A stretch of DNA of 24,402 nucleotides from a virus, in the UHGV virus genome UHGV-0126695; one strand, 5' to 3'. The position numbers and the translations under genes were made by a program. The notes under the pieces are model-generated. The model saw nothing but the letters and a program-made list of their open reading frames with translations, made no database searches and was not told the DNA's origin. Below are positions 24,225 through 24,402 of the stretch, piece after piece; the stretch's first letter is position 1; every line of letters starts with the position of its first letter.

Positions 24225-24402
24225 TTAAATGGCTTTTTTACGTCTGTTCTGTTCCAGAATATCCAGCGAATGATTCAGATATTCATCACGATCAGTTTCA
24301 TATTCATCATCGGGTTCCTGGTATTTCACCTGCACCGTGTTACCGGAAGGCCGGAAAATACCAACAACCCTTGATTCTGGCGCTGCTGGTTCGGCTATCT
24401 GC
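24225..24402 (-). CDS. A: Transposase MuA, C-terminal end only (gene continues beyond window end)
   Basis: Manual minus-strand translation of the window end: QIAEPAAPESRVVGIFRPSGNTVQVKYQEPDDEYETDRDEYLNHSLDILEQNRRKKAI, then stop (TAA at 24227..24225). The ...QNRRKKAI end matches the MuA C-terminus. Absent from the ORF track because it has no start inside the window. Confidence 0.9.
   Translation of the reverse strand, partial: QIAEPAAPESRVVGIFRPSGNTVQVKYQEPDDEYETDRDEYLNHSLDILEQNRRKKAI

Noticed and set aside
1-24402. CRISPR array, tRNA or rRNA genes
   Set aside because: No regularly spaced repeat-spacer structure and no cloverleaf-like or rRNA-like sequences noticed; the only repeats are short regulatory ones in intergenic regions.

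Overview
The window is a contiguous segment of a Mu-like transposable prophage (enterobacterial type), with every credible gene on the minus strand. Read in the direction of transcription (right to left in window coordinates) it runs: C-terminus of transposase MuA, ATPase MuB, a tightly packed early region (Kil-like, Gam, several small unknown proteins, GemA, Mor), a secreted-protein cargo gene, a lysis cassette (GH108-type endolysin, membrane proteins, TraR-like zinc finger), terminase small and large subunits, portal, F-like head morphogenesis protein, protease/scaffold, major capsid, head-tail connector proteins, sheath, tube, assembly chaperone, tape measure, N, P and the start of the gpV-like baseplate gene. 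Protein identities were assigned by reading the translations against remembered Mu protein sequences and family motifs; no database search was possible, so names outside MuA, MuB, Gam, Mor, sheath, tube, capsid, portal and terminase are less certain. No rRNA, tRNA or CRISPR array was seen. The most notable observations are: a near-identical 27-bp hairpin-plus-T-tract element about 50 bp upstream of both late operon starts (lys and I); a low-GC secreted-protein gene where Mu carries the late activator C, which was not found in the window; a lysis module unlike canonical Mu; two GGGGG-associated frame changes (tail chaperone and a gp26-like gene); and AT-rich islets of small Cys-rich proteins in the early region. 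Plus-strand ORFs in the supplied track look like antisense shadows and were rejected.
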